A DNA stretch of 64,000 nt from Myxococcota bacterium. Lineage in GTDB: Bacteria > Myxococcota_A > UBA9160 > JAFDDA01. Positions 45,554 to 54,546 of this stretch are shown here, piece by piece; within the stretch, counting starts at the first letter, position 1, and each line of letters opens with the position of its first letter. The stretch spans positions 928,001-992,000 of the forward strand of contig OZ245817.1 in assembly GCA_965228475.1 (NCBI GenBank), written 5' to 3'. The notes beneath the pieces are model-generated. The model did no database searches and had not been told where the DNA came from. It saw only the letters and a program-made list of their open reading frames with translations. The position numbers were made by a program, and so were the translations under genes.

Positions 45554-46192
45554 GTGAGTCCGCTTGCGGCCGATCGAGGCCCGATTTCTCCCACGCGCGC
45601 GGAGGTCCGCGCCCGGATCTACGAGACCTTCGTTGCGCGCGCCGCCCAGGACGGCCCGCGTGGGGTGGTGATGGCCGAGCTTGCCCGCGAACTCGGGATC
45701 AGCACGCGCACGCTCTACCAGCATTTCCCCTCGAAGGCCGAACTGGTCGCCGAGATCATGCGCCGCTGGGCGGCCGAGGTCGCCGAGAAGACCGAAGCCT
45801 GCCTGAAGAGTGGGCTCGGCCCCATCGAGCGGATGCAGCGATCCGCCGAGGCCTGGGTCGAGTCCCAGAATCGTTTCTCCCGTACCTTTTGGTTACAGAT
45901 CCAGCGGGACTACCCGGCTGCCCTCGGGGTGCTGGTCGGCCAGGTCAAACAGAGTCTGCGCGTGGGGCGGGAACAGCTGGGCGGCGAGCTCCGCGAGGAG
46001 CTTCACCAGAAGATCGCCTTCCAGACGCTGATCGCCGCGCTGCAGACGGCCGCCGACCCGGCGACCTGCGACCGGCTCGGCGTGTCCCGTGAGCAGGCCG
46101 TGCGCGAGGCGATCGAGATCTGGTCCCGGGGGGCGCTCCCGCAGGCGGGCGATGCGGCGCCGGCTCGGGCGGAAGAAAGGCGAGACGCGTGA
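45554..46192 (+). CDS. TetR/AcrR family regulator (paralog A)
   Basis: VVMAELARELGISTRTLYQHFPSKAELV. Confidence 0.9.
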   Translation: MSPLAADRGPISPTRAEVRARIYETFVARAAQDGPRGVVMAELARELGISTRTLYQHFPSKAELVAEIMRRWAAEVAEKTEACLKSGLGPIERMQRSAEAWVESQNRFSRTFWLQIQRDYPAALGVLVGQVKQSLRVGREQLGGELREELHQKIAFQTLIAALQTAADPATCDRLGVSREQAVREAIEIWSRGALPQAGDAAPARAEERRDA

Positions 46193-46800
46193 GTGAAGTC
46201 CTGGCCCTCGACCCGAAAGAACGAACCCGCGAGCGCATCCTCGAGGCCTTCATCGCGCGCGCGCGTGTGGACGGAACCCGAAGCGTGGTGATGGCCGAGC
46301 TCGCGCGCGACCTCGGCATGAGCACGCGCACCCTCTACCAGCACTTCGCCTCCAAGGCGGACCTCGTCACCTGCCTGATGGAGCGCTGGGTGGCGGACGT
46401 TGAGCGCGACCTCGACGCCAACCGCGCCAAGCAGCTTCCGCCCGTCGAGCACCTGATGCGCACGGCGGACATCTGGCTGGAAGGTCACTGCCGTTTCTCG
46501 CCGACGTTCTGGGATCAGGTCCACCGGGACTTCCCCGAGGCTTCCTCCGGCTTCCACGGGGCCATGCGGGCCCTGCTGCACGATGGCCGCGACCGCCTCG
46601 CAGCCTTCATCCGCGACGACGTCGACCCGGGCCTCGCCCACTCCTTGTTGAACGCGGCACTCGCCGCGGCTTCCGACCCGGATCGCTGCGACCGCCTCGG
46701 CCTTTCCCGCAGCCAGGCCGTCCGCCAGGCCATCGAGATCTGGGTGCGCGGCGTGCTGCGCCCGGAGCGTTCGCTCCACGTGGTGGCCGACCCCGACTGA
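46189..46800 (+). CDS. TetR/AcrR family regulator (paralog B)
   Basis: VVMAELARDLGMSTRTLYQHFASKADLV; GTGA-coupled to paralog A. Confidence 0.9.
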   Translation: MSEVLALDPKERTRERILEAFIARARVDGTRSVVMAELARDLGMSTRTLYQHFASKADLVTCLMERWVADVERDLDANRAKQLPPVEHLMRTADIWLEGHCRFSPTFWDQVHRDFPEASSGFHGAMRALLHDGRDRLAAFIRDDVDPGLAHSLLNAALAAASDPDRCDRLGLSRSQAVRQAIEIWVRGVLRPERSLHVVADPD

Positions 46801-46857
46801 GCTTCCGCTCGAAGCTCCCGGTTCGCCTGCGAGGTGGAGTTGGTACGCTCCGCCGCG

Positions 46858-47568
46858 ATGAACGTCATCGAGCTCGCCGGCGCCTCGAAGCGCTATGGGC
46901 GGCGCGACGCGCTGCTCGACGTCGATCTCGCCGTGCCCGAAGGGGCGACGGTCGGCCTGCTCGGCCCGAACGGCGCCGGCAAGACCACCGCGCTGCGCCT
47001 GCTCCTCGGTTTCAGTCGGCCGACGGGCGGCAGGGCCCGGCTACGCGGGCTCGACCCGGCCGAACCCGGGAGCCGCGTGGGCCTCGGCTACCTGCCCGAG
47101 CGCGTCGCCCTGCCGGCCCGGATGACGGTGCGCAGCGTGCTCGAACTCCACGCGGGCCTGGCCGGGCTCGCCGGCGCCGAGGCGGAGCGCGCGATCGACG
47201 CGGCGCTCGACCGCACCGGGATCGAGGACCGCTCGGCGGAGCGCGTCGGGAATCTCTCGAAGGGTCTCTTGCAGCGGGTCGGCTTCGCCCAGGCCCTGCT
47301 CGGGGACCCGGACGTCCTGCTGCTCGACGAGCCGACCTCGGGCCTCGACCCGATCGGAATCCGCGACGCGCGCGAGTGGATCGCCGAGGCGCGCGAGCGG
47401 GGCTGCACGGTGCTCGTGAGTTCGCACGTGCTCTCGGAGGTCGAGCGGGTGTGCGACCGCGTGGCGATCCTCCACGAAGGGCGGACGGTGGCCTCGGGCT
47501 CCGTCGACGAGATCGTCGCGCCCGGGGAATCCCTCGAGGACGCCTTCGTGCGTCAGGTGCGCGGATGA
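46858..47568 (+). CDS. ABC transporter ATP-binding protein
   Basis: GPNGAGKTT, LSKG..QR, LLLDEP, SSH. Confidence 0.93.
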   Translation: MNVIELAGASKRYGRRDALLDVDLAVPEGATVGLLGPNGAGKTTALRLLLGFSRPTGGRARLRGLDPAEPGSRVGLGYLPERVALPARMTVRSVLELHAGLAGLAGAEAERAIDAALDRTGIEDRSAERVGNLSKGLLQRVGFAQALLGDPDVLLLDEPTSGLDPIGIRDAREWIAEARERGCTVLVSSHVLSEVERVCDRVAILHEGRTVASGSVDEIVAPGESLEDAFVRQVRG

Positions 47569-47617
47569 CGGGAGCGCGCGTACGGACGGGCCCGGTCGTG
47601 CGGCGGAGCGCCCGGCG

Positions 47618-48430
47618 ATGAGCGGCGTGCGATCCTTCCGCATCCTCGCCTTCGAAGCGGTCGCGGACGCCGTGCGCCGCCGGGCCGTCGCCGCGGTCGC
47701 CGCGGTCGCGGTGCTCTCGCTGCTCGGCGTCGACAGCTGCACGAGCTGCGCGGGCGGCCAGATCATGGTGAACGGCCAGCCGGCGCAGCTTCCCGAGGTG
47801 GCCGGCGCGACGGGCGTGGTCACCTTCACGGTGCTCGCCCTGTGGTGCATGGTGCTGGCCGGCGTGCTCGCGGCGGACCATCTCGTGCAGACCCTCGAGG
47901 ACGGCTCCGCAGGCCTGTCGCTCGCGCGCCCCGTCGGCCGCGGCACGTTCGCCTACGCCCGCCTGGCCGGCGCGCTCACCATCGCCCTGGCGACGGGGGC
48001 GGTCCTGCTCGGCGCGACGACGTTCCTGCTCGGGGCCCGGAGCGGGCTTCCGCCGGGCCCGGCCGTGATCGCGGGCGCAGCCTTCGCCTGCGGCGCACTC
48101 ATCGTGGCCGCCCTCGGCATGACGTTCTCGCTCTACGTGCCCCGCGTGGCCGGGCTGCTCGGCGTCTTCGCCCTCGTCGGGATGACCGCCCTGGCGAACG
48201 GCCTCTCCCTGGCCGGCCGCGCCGGCGACGGCTGGCTCGGCTGGCTCGACCGCCTCGGCCCGCCGCTCGCGAGCTCCGTCGTGCTCGGGCTTTGGGGATG
48301 GCTGCCCGAGGTCGAGATCACGGGGGAGCCCACCGACGTGCTCGCGCGGGTCTTCGCCTGGGTGGTGCTCTCGCTCCTGGCGTTGCGGGCGGCCTTCAGC
48401 CGGGTCGAGCTCGGCGGCCAGGCGCCGTGA
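47618..48430 (+). CDS. ABC-2 type transporter permease (with CxxC)
   Basis: About 6 TM; LEDGSAGLSLARPVGR loop; follows the ATPase; DSCTSC after TM1. Confidence 0.75.
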   Translation: MSGVRSFRILAFEAVADAVRRRAVAAVAAVAVLSLLGVDSCTSCAGGQIMVNGQPAQLPEVAGATGVVTFTVLALWCMVLAGVLAADHLVQTLEDGSAGLSLARPVGRGTFAYARLAGALTIALATGAVLLGATTFLLGARSGLPPGPAVIAGAAFACGALIVAALGMTFSLYVPRVAGLLGVFALVGMTALANGLSLAGRAGDGWLGWLDRLGPPLASSVVLGLWGWLPEVEITGEPTDVLARVFAWVVLSLLALRAAFSRVELGGQAP

Positions 48431-48467
48431 GCCGGAGCTCGGCTCCCCGGGGCCGAGGGCGTCGCTC

Positions 48468-48668
48468 ATGGCCAAGAAGAAACGCCGGACGCGCCCGGGC
48501 TGCTGCGAGCTGGCCGGCCGGAACCTCGCCTGGTTCGACCGCGAGGAGGCCTGGCACCCGGCCTCTTTCGCCCGGGATCCCCGTCGCGACCGGCCGCCGT
48601 CGGCGCCTCTCTCGGCCTGCCCCTTCTGCGGGGAGAAGCTGGTGCCGCCCAAGGCGCGGCCTCGCTGA
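48468..48668 (+). CDS. Small Cys-rich putative zinc-binding protein (66 aa)
   Basis: GCC...CPFCG; GAGGG upstream; fills the intergenic gap. Confidence 0.55.
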   Translation: MAKKKRRTRPGCCELAGRNLAWFDREEAWHPASFARDPRRDRPPSAPLSACPFCGEKLVPPKARPR

Positions 48669-48678
48669 CCCGGGGGAG

Positions 48679-48706
48679 TTGCACTAAACCGTCTGGACGG
48701 TACAGT
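48679..48706 (+). promoter_or_regulatory. Promoter TTGCAC-N16-TACAGT with spacer palindrome ACCGTC-TG-GACGGT
   Basis: Perfect 6+2+6 inverted repeat at 48688-48701; -10 is 6 nt before ATG 48713. Confidence 0.6.
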
Positions 48707-48712
48707 CCCGCG

Positions 48713-49522
48713 ATGGCCGAAGCCCGCGTCGAAGATCAGATCGCCGCTCTCGAGCACCGCATCCGGGAGACCGCCGAGGAGCTCGGGGCGCTGCGCCGGA
48801 GGCTCCGTCCCGCCGTCCGCGCCCGGGCCGAGGCAGCCGAGATCCGCGACGCATGGGACGGCCTCTCGGGCCGCTGGCGCTTCGCGCTGCTCGCCGGCCT
48901 CGTGGCCTTCGTGCTCGCTGGATACCTCTTCTACATGAACCTCGGCTGGTACGCGGACCAGCGCTCGCTCCCGCCGAGCTCCGACTGGCTGCTCGACCGG
49001 CTCCCGCTCTTCAACCTCGTCTTCATGCTCTCGTGGGGCTGGCTCGCGCTGCACGCCTTCGCCGCCGGGGCTGCCGCGCTCTACGAGCCGCGCCGGCTCC
49101 CGTTCCTGCTCTTCCTGCTCGGGATCTACCTGTTCGTCCGCACGGTCTTTGTGTTCCTCTCGCCGATCGGCGCCCCCGTGGCCATCCTCGACATGCGCGA
49201 GTTCGACGCGCTGTTCGCCGCGGTCGCCGGCGAGTACACCTTCCAGAACGAGTTCATCTTCTCGGGACACACGGCGGTGCCGTTCCTGTTCGCCCTGTTC
49301 TTCCGGCGGCCCGCGCACCGCGCGGTGATGTTCGCCGGAAGCCTCGCCATGGCCGTCTCGGTTCTCGTCACGCGCAACCACTACACGGTGGACGTGATCT
49401 CGGCCTACCTCGTCGGCTACGCGATCTTCGCCCTGAGCGCGGCGCTCTGGGATCGCCTGGCGGCGTGGCTCCGCGGCGAGGGCGTGGCGCTCAGTCCTTC
49501 GGGGGACGCAGCGGCCGGATGA
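48713..49522 (+). CDS. PAP2-superfamily membrane phosphotransferase, sphingomyelin/IPC synthase-like
   Basis: D.LLDRLP, R..FVFLSP, FIFSGHT and HYTVDV motifs; about 6 TM. Confidence 0.75.
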   Translation: MAEARVEDQIAALEHRIRETAEELGALRRRLRPAVRARAEAAEIRDAWDGLSGRWRFALLAGLVAFVLAGYLFYMNLGWYADQRSLPPSSDWLLDRLPLFNLVFMLSWGWLALHAFAAGAAALYEPRRLPFLLFLLGIYLFVRTVFVFLSPIGAPVAILDMREFDALFAAVAGEYTFQNEFIFSGHTAVPFLFALFFRRPAHRAVMFAGSLAMAVSVLVTRNHYTVDVISAYLVGYAIFALSAALWDRLAAWLRGEGVALSPSGDAAAG

Positions 49523-50369
49523 GCCCTTCCTGGGCCACGGAGGCCAGGAGCTGCCCGTCGCGCGAGAAGAGGCTTCCGCGGGCGAAGCCGCGCGCGCCGG
49601 CCGCGCTCGGGCTGTCCTGCTCGTAGAGCACCCAATCGTCGGCGCGTCCGTCGCGGTGGAACCAGATCGCGTGGTCGAGGCTCGCGGCCATGACGTGGCG
49701 GAAGGCCGGGCCGGGGACGTGGCGGCGGGTCATCGCGTCGAGCAGCGCCATGTCCGAGGCGTAGGTGAGCAGGCAGCGGTGCAGGAAGGGATCCTCGGGG
49801 AGGGTTCCCGTCGCGCGCAGCCAGATGCGGAGCTGGCCGTCGCGGCCCGCGCTGCCGAAGAGTCCGCCTTCCCCGGCGGTGGAGCGGAACTCGATGGCGT
49901 GTTCGCGCTCGAGCCAGGCGCGGAACTCCTTCGGCACCTTGTCCCCGAGCTGCGCCGCCCGCTCGGCCCAGGTGGGCAGGCTCTCGGGGTCCGGCAGGTC
50001 CCGGGGCATCGGGGCCCCGTGTTCGAAGCCGGGCTCGATCTTGTGGAAGGAGACGCCCATGCTGAAGATCGCCTTGCCGTGCTGCTGGGCGACCACGCGG
50101 CGCGTGGTGAAGCTCCCGCCGTCGCGGATCGGGTCGACGGTGTAGACGACGGGGTGGGCCGGGTCGCCGCCGCGCAGGAAGTAGGCGTGGAGCGAATGGG
50201 GCGGCCGCTCCCCCTCGACGGTGCGCCCGGCCGCGACCAGCGACTGCGCCGCCACCTGGCCCCCGAACAGGCGACCGCGGCTCGTGTCCTCGTTGCGTCC
50301 GCGGAAGATCGTGGTGTCGATGCGTTCGAGGTCGAGGACGGAGACCAGGTGATCGAGAGCTTTCCCCAT
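49491..50369 (-). CDS. tesB: Acyl-CoA thioesterase II
   Basis: LFGGQVAAQ, HSLHAYFLR.GD, RDGGSFTTRRV, YASD, ASLDHAIWFH, SVAQEG. Confidence 0.93.
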   Translation of the reverse strand: MGKALDHLVSVLDLERIDTTIFRGRNEDTSRGRLFGGQVAAQSLVAAGRTVEGERPPHSLHAYFLRGGDPAHPVVYTVDPIRDGGSFTTRRVVAQQHGKAIFSMGVSFHKIEPGFEHGAPMPRDLPDPESLPTWAERAAQLGDKVPKEFRAWLEREHAIEFRSTAGEGGLFGSAGRDGQLRIWLRATGTLPEDPFLHRCLLTYASDMALLDAMTRRHVPGPAFRHVMAASLDHAIWFHRDGRADDWVLYEQDSPSAAGARGFARGSLFSRDGQLLASVAQEGLIRPLRPPKD

Positions 50370-50463
50370 GCCGTCTGTGCTTAGCACGCCCGCCGACGAG
50401 CGTGCGCGCGCCCCGGCGTGCGCCGGGAGATCGCGCCCGCCGAAGTGGTAGGATCCGCCGGTC

Positions 50464-51291
50464 GTGAGCCGATTCCGCTATCCCCGTCTGGCCAAGCGCT
50501 ACGTCACCTCGGCGTGGTCGCAACGGCGCCACCGCAAGACCTTCGAGACGGTCGAGACCGTGGCGCTCTTCGTGGGCTACCGGCGGAGCGGGCACAGTCT
50601 GGTCGGCGCGCTCCTCGACGCGCATCCGGACGCGGCCCTCGCCCACGGCCTCGACGTGTTGCACCACGTCCGGTACGGCTTCTCGCGCGGGCAGATCTTC
50701 TCGTTGATCCTCGGCAACAGCGAGGAGCGCGCCGCGCAGGGCCGCGTCGTGACGGGCTACTCCTACGCCGTGCCGGGCGGCTGGCAGGGGAGGGTGCGCC
50801 GCCTGCGCGTGATCGGTTCGACCCGCGGCGGCGCCACGGCGCGCACCCTGCGCGAGCGCCCGGAGCTCGCCGAACGCGTGGAGCAGCACCTCGGCCACCC
50901 CGTCCGCTGGATCCACGTCCTGCGCAACCCCTTCGACGTGATCAGCACGCTCGCGCTCCGCGGCCGGCGCAACGACATCGAGTCCGCGATCGGCGACTAC
51001 TTCCGGCTGGTCGAGGGCGTGGCCGAGCTGCGCGAGCGCGTCGAGCGCGGCCGCATGCTCGACCTCCGCCACGAAGACCTCGTCGCGGACCCGCGCGCGA
51101 CCTTGCGTCGCCTCGCGACCTGGCTGGGTCTCGATGCACCCGACGACTGGCTCGATGCCTGCCAGGCGATCCTCTTCGAGAAGCCGAACCGCTCCCGCAC
51201 GGACGCGCCGTGGAAACCCGAGCAGATCGAGCGGGTCCAGAAGCGTGTGGCCCGGTACCCCTTCCTCTCCGGCTACCGCTTCGACGCCTGA
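50464..51291 (+). CDS. Sulfotransferase family protein
   Basis: GYRRSGHSL (5'-PSB-like), IHVLRNPFDVIS, RHEDLVADP. Confidence 0.8.
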   Translation: MSRFRYPRLAKRYVTSAWSQRRHRKTFETVETVALFVGYRRSGHSLVGALLDAHPDAALAHGLDVLHHVRYGFSRGQIFSLILGNSEERAAQGRVVTGYSYAVPGGWQGRVRRLRVIGSTRGGATARTLRERPELAERVEQHLGHPVRWIHVLRNPFDVISTLALRGRRNDIESAIGDYFRLVEGVAELRERVERGRMLDLRHEDLVADPRATLRRLATWLGLDAPDDWLDACQAILFEKPNRSRTDAPWKPEQIERVQKRVARYPFLSGYRFDA

Positions 51292-51312
51292 AGGGGGCTA
51301 CTCTCCGAGGCC

Positions 51313-52875
51313 ATGACGATCCTCCGCGCGAGCCTCCTCCACGCCCTGGTCCTGGCCTTCGTGTTCTCGCCCGCTCGAACCGGCGCCTACCCGCTCGACG
51401 GCTACGCCCAGACGGGCATCGCCCGCCTCGAGCACCAGCGCCTCATCCAGGAAGGGGAGCTCAAGGGCAAGCGCCGGCCGGCCGGCGAGCTGCTGCCCCT
51501 GGACCGCGTCGACCTCCGGCTCGCGGACCGTCCGAACCTCGGGCTGCCGAAGAGCGATCCTGCGCTGACGAAGAAGCTCCGCCGCCTGCTCGGCGCCTCC
51601 GCCTCGCGCTACGGGGTCGCCCTGCTCGACGTGACGAACCCGGACGCGCCCGCCTACGGCGAGTGGAACGGCAACCAGCTCCAGAACCCCGGGAGCGTCG
51701 GCAAGGTGCTCGTGGCGCTGGCGATCTTCCAGGCCCTGGCGGACCTCTACCCGCGCAACATCGAGGCGCGCAAGCGCATCCTCCGCGAGACGATCATCGA
51801 AGCGGACGTCTTCAGCGTCTACGACCACCACACGGTGCGTTTCTTCGATCTCGGGACCCGCGCGCTGAAACGTCGGCCGATCCACAAGGGGGACCGCGGC
51901 TCGCTGTGGACCTACCTTGATTGGATGATGTCGCCGAGCTCGAACTCCGCGGCCGGGATGCTCCAGAAGCACCTCATGCTGATCGCCCACTTCGGGAAGC
52001 GCTACCCGGTCTCGGCCGCCGAGGCGGACGCGTTCTTCAAGGACACGCCCTACAAGGAGCGTTCGAAGATCTTCCTCGACGCGATCGTCGGGCCGCTCAC
52101 GCGCAACGGTCTCCACCCGGAGAAGCTCCGCCAGGGGAGTTTCTTCACGCGCGAGGGCAAGAAGCGCGTCGGCGGGACGTCGAGCCACGCGACGCCGCGC
52201 GAGCTCCTGCGCTTCATGCTCAAGATGGAGCAGGGGAAGCTCGTCGACGTGTGGTCGAGCCGCGAGATCAAGCGCCTCCTCTACATCACCGAGCGGCGCA
52301 TCCGTTACGGCTCCTCGGGCGCGCTCCGGGACTCGGCGGTCTACTTCAAGTCGGGCTCGCTCTACAGCTGCGAGCCCGAGCCGGGCTTCACCTGCAAGAA
52401 GTACCACGGCAACAAGCGCAACTACATGAACTCGATCGCGATCGTCGAGACGCCCGCCGGCCAGGACCGGCTCTACTACATGGTGGCGGTGCTCTCGAAC
52501 GTGCTGAAGAAGAACTCGGCCCAGGACCACCGGGATCTCGCCCGCGCCGTCCACTCCATGCTGCTCGCGCGGAATCCGGCGAAGCCCACTCCGGCCGGTT
52601 CCCGCGCGGCTTCGGCGACCTTCGGGGAGGGCTTCATCGGCTACGAGGCCGAGCGATCCTCGATCCGGCTGAAGCTCGAGGTCCAGGAGGCGCTCGTCGC
52701 GCTCGGCTACGAGATCGGCGAGATCGACGGGCGCATCGGGCCGAATACCCGGAAGGCGATCCGCGTCTATCAGAAGGAGCACGGGCTCGCCGCGGACGGC
52801 GCCGCGACCCCTTCGCTGCTGAAGCACATGCGATCGACCGGCCAGAAGCGAGGCGTGATCCGGCCGGGCGCCTGA
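51313..52875 (+). CDS. Serine hydrolase (class A beta-lactamase-like fold) with C-terminal peptidoglycan-binding domain
   Basis: Signal peptide; SVGK, SSN, ATP.EL, KSG motifs; VQEALVALGY...IDG.IGPNTRKAIRVYQ...GL.ADG PG_binding_1. Confidence 0.8.
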   Translation: MTILRASLLHALVLAFVFSPARTGAYPLDGYAQTGIARLEHQRLIQEGELKGKRRPAGELLPLDRVDLRLADRPNLGLPKSDPALTKKLRRLLGASASRYGVALLDVTNPDAPAYGEWNGNQLQNPGSVGKVLVALAIFQALADLYPRNIEARKRILRETIIEADVFSVYDHHTVRFFDLGTRALKRRPIHKGDRGSLWTYLDWMMSPSSNSAAGMLQKHLMLIAHFGKRYPVSAAEADAFFKDTPYKERSKIFLDAIVGPLTRNGLHPEKLRQGSFFTREGKKRVGGTSSHATPRELLRFMLKMEQGKLVDVWSSREIKRLLYITERRIRYGSSGALRDSAVYFKSGSLYSCEPEPGFTCKKYHGNKRNYMNSIAIVETPAGQDRLYYMVAVLSNVLKKNSAQDHRDLARAVHSMLLARNPAKPTPAGSRAASATFGEGFIGYEAERSSIRLKLEVQEALVALGYEIGEIDGRIGPNTRKAIRVYQKEHGLAADGAATPSLLKHMRSTGQKRGVIRPGA

Positions 52876-52956
52876 GGCGAGGAACCCCCCGGACTCCGTC
52901 GGCATCCATTCAAGAGACGCGCCCGTCGAAGAACCCCCGAGGCCAGCACTGCCGCG

Positions 52957-54546
52957 ATGACGACTCCCCAGGTCGTGAACGAAGCCAGCGAAACGAACGA
53001 GGCCGGCGAGGGCTACGGCCTGAGCCTCGAGCCGTATCCGCGCCACGTCCGGGTCTTCTTCGACGGCATCGCCGTGGCCGATACCGAGAACGCCATCCTG
53101 CTGCACGAGACGCGGCACACGCCCGTCGTCTACTTCCCGAAGGCCGACGTACGGATGGATCTCCTCCAGCCGACGGCGCACCGGACCCACTGCCCCTTCA
53201 AGGGCGACGCGAGCTACTGGAGCGTGACCGTCGGCGAGCGCACGGCCGAGAACGCCGTCTGGGCCTACGAGGAGCCGATCGAGGAGGTCGAATCCCTCGA
53301 CGGCTACGTCGCCTTCTACCGCGACCGGATGGACGAGTGGCTCGAGGAGGGCGACGCGCCGGAGCCGGCCCCGGAGCCGCCGCCCCACGCGGCGGAGAAC
53401 CCGCTCGTCGACTGGCTCATGCGCGAGGCCTGGCGCGTGGATCGCGTCGACGATCTCGTCCTGGCGCTCGGCCGCCGGCTCGACGCCATGGGGATGGGCA
53501 TCCATCGGCTCAACCTGATCGTGCGGACGCTGCACCCCCAGGTGATGGGCACGATCCATCTGTGGGAACGCGCGAGCGACGCGGTGGAACGCGTCGAGCT
53601 CTCCCATGCCGGCGGGAAGGAGGAGCGCTTCCTCGCGAGCCCCTTCATCCACATCTTCGAGGGACGCGGCGGGGTGCGAAGGAGCCTGCGGGGAAGCGAC
53701 GCGAAGCTCGACTACCCGATCCTCGAAGACCTGCGCAACGAGGGCGTCACGGACTACGCGGCCATGCCGATCGCGTTCTCGGACGGGCAGATCCACGCGC
53801 TCACGCTCGCGACGCACGCGCCCGGCGGCTTCCGCACGAGCGACCTCGGCCACCTCCACGAGGTGCTCCCCCTGCTCGCGCGCCTGGTCGAAGCCCACGC
53901 GATGCGCACCACCGCGCGGACGCTGCTCGATACCTACCTCGGGTCCGGAACGGGGGGCCGCGTGCTCGAGGGTCTCGTGCGGCGCGGCGATGGCGACGTC
54001 ATCAACGCCGTCGTGTGGTGGGCGGACCTGCGCGGCTCGACGCTCTTCGCCGAGCGCCTCCCGCGCGACCGCTACCTCGAACTCCTGAACCAGTTCTTCG
54101 AGTGCACCGCCGGCGCGGCCCTCGCCCACGGCGGCGAAGTGCTCAAGTTCATCGGCGACGCCGTGCTCGCGATCTTCCCGCTCGGCGACGACCCGCACGC
54201 CGCGGATCCCGCGCTGGCCGCCGCCGAGGAGGCGCTCGAGCGGATCGCCCGGGCGAACGAGACGCTCGGGGAAGACGAGCAGCTCGCCGTGGCCCTCGCG
54301 CTCCACCGGGGCGAGGTCAACTATGGCAACATCGGCGTCGAAGGGCGCCTCGACTTCACCGTGACCGGCCCGGCCGTCAACCAGGTCGCGCGCCTCGAGC
54401 GGCTCTCGAAGAGTCTCGACGAAGCGATCGTCGCCTCTCGGGCGTTCGCCGAGCTGGTCGGTTCCCCCATGCGGAGCCTGGGCGAACACGCCCTGCGAGG
54501 TTTCCAGGAGCCGGTGGAGGTCTTCACCTTGGGAGAAACGTCGTGA
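52957..54546 (+). CDS. DUF427 domain fused to class III adenylate/guanylate cyclase
   Basis: ETRH.PV.YFP..DV, THCPFKGDASYW, NAVWAY..P; ADLRGST, KFIGDAVL, RLDFTVTGPAVN..ARLE. Confidence 0.85.
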   Translation: MTTPQVVNEASETNEAGEGYGLSLEPYPRHVRVFFDGIAVADTENAILLHETRHTPVVYFPKADVRMDLLQPTAHRTHCPFKGDASYWSVTVGERTAENAVWAYEEPIEEVESLDGYVAFYRDRMDEWLEEGDAPEPAPEPPPHAAENPLVDWLMREAWRVDRVDDLVLALGRRLDAMGMGIHRLNLIVRTLHPQVMGTIHLWERASDAVERVELSHAGGKEERFLASPFIHIFEGRGGVRRSLRGSDAKLDYPILEDLRNEGVTDYAAMPIAFSDGQIHALTLATHAPGGFRTSDLGHLHEVLPLLARLVEAHAMRTTARTLLDTYLGSGTGGRVLEGLVRRGDGDVINAVVWWADLRGSTLFAERLPRDRYLELLNQFFECTAGAALAHGGEVLKFIGDAVLAIFPLGDDPHAADPALAAAEEALERIARANETLGEDEQLAVALALHRGEVNYGNIGVEGRLDFTVTGPAVNQVARLERLSKSLDEAIVASRAFAELVGSPMRSLGEHALRGFQEPVEVFTLGETS

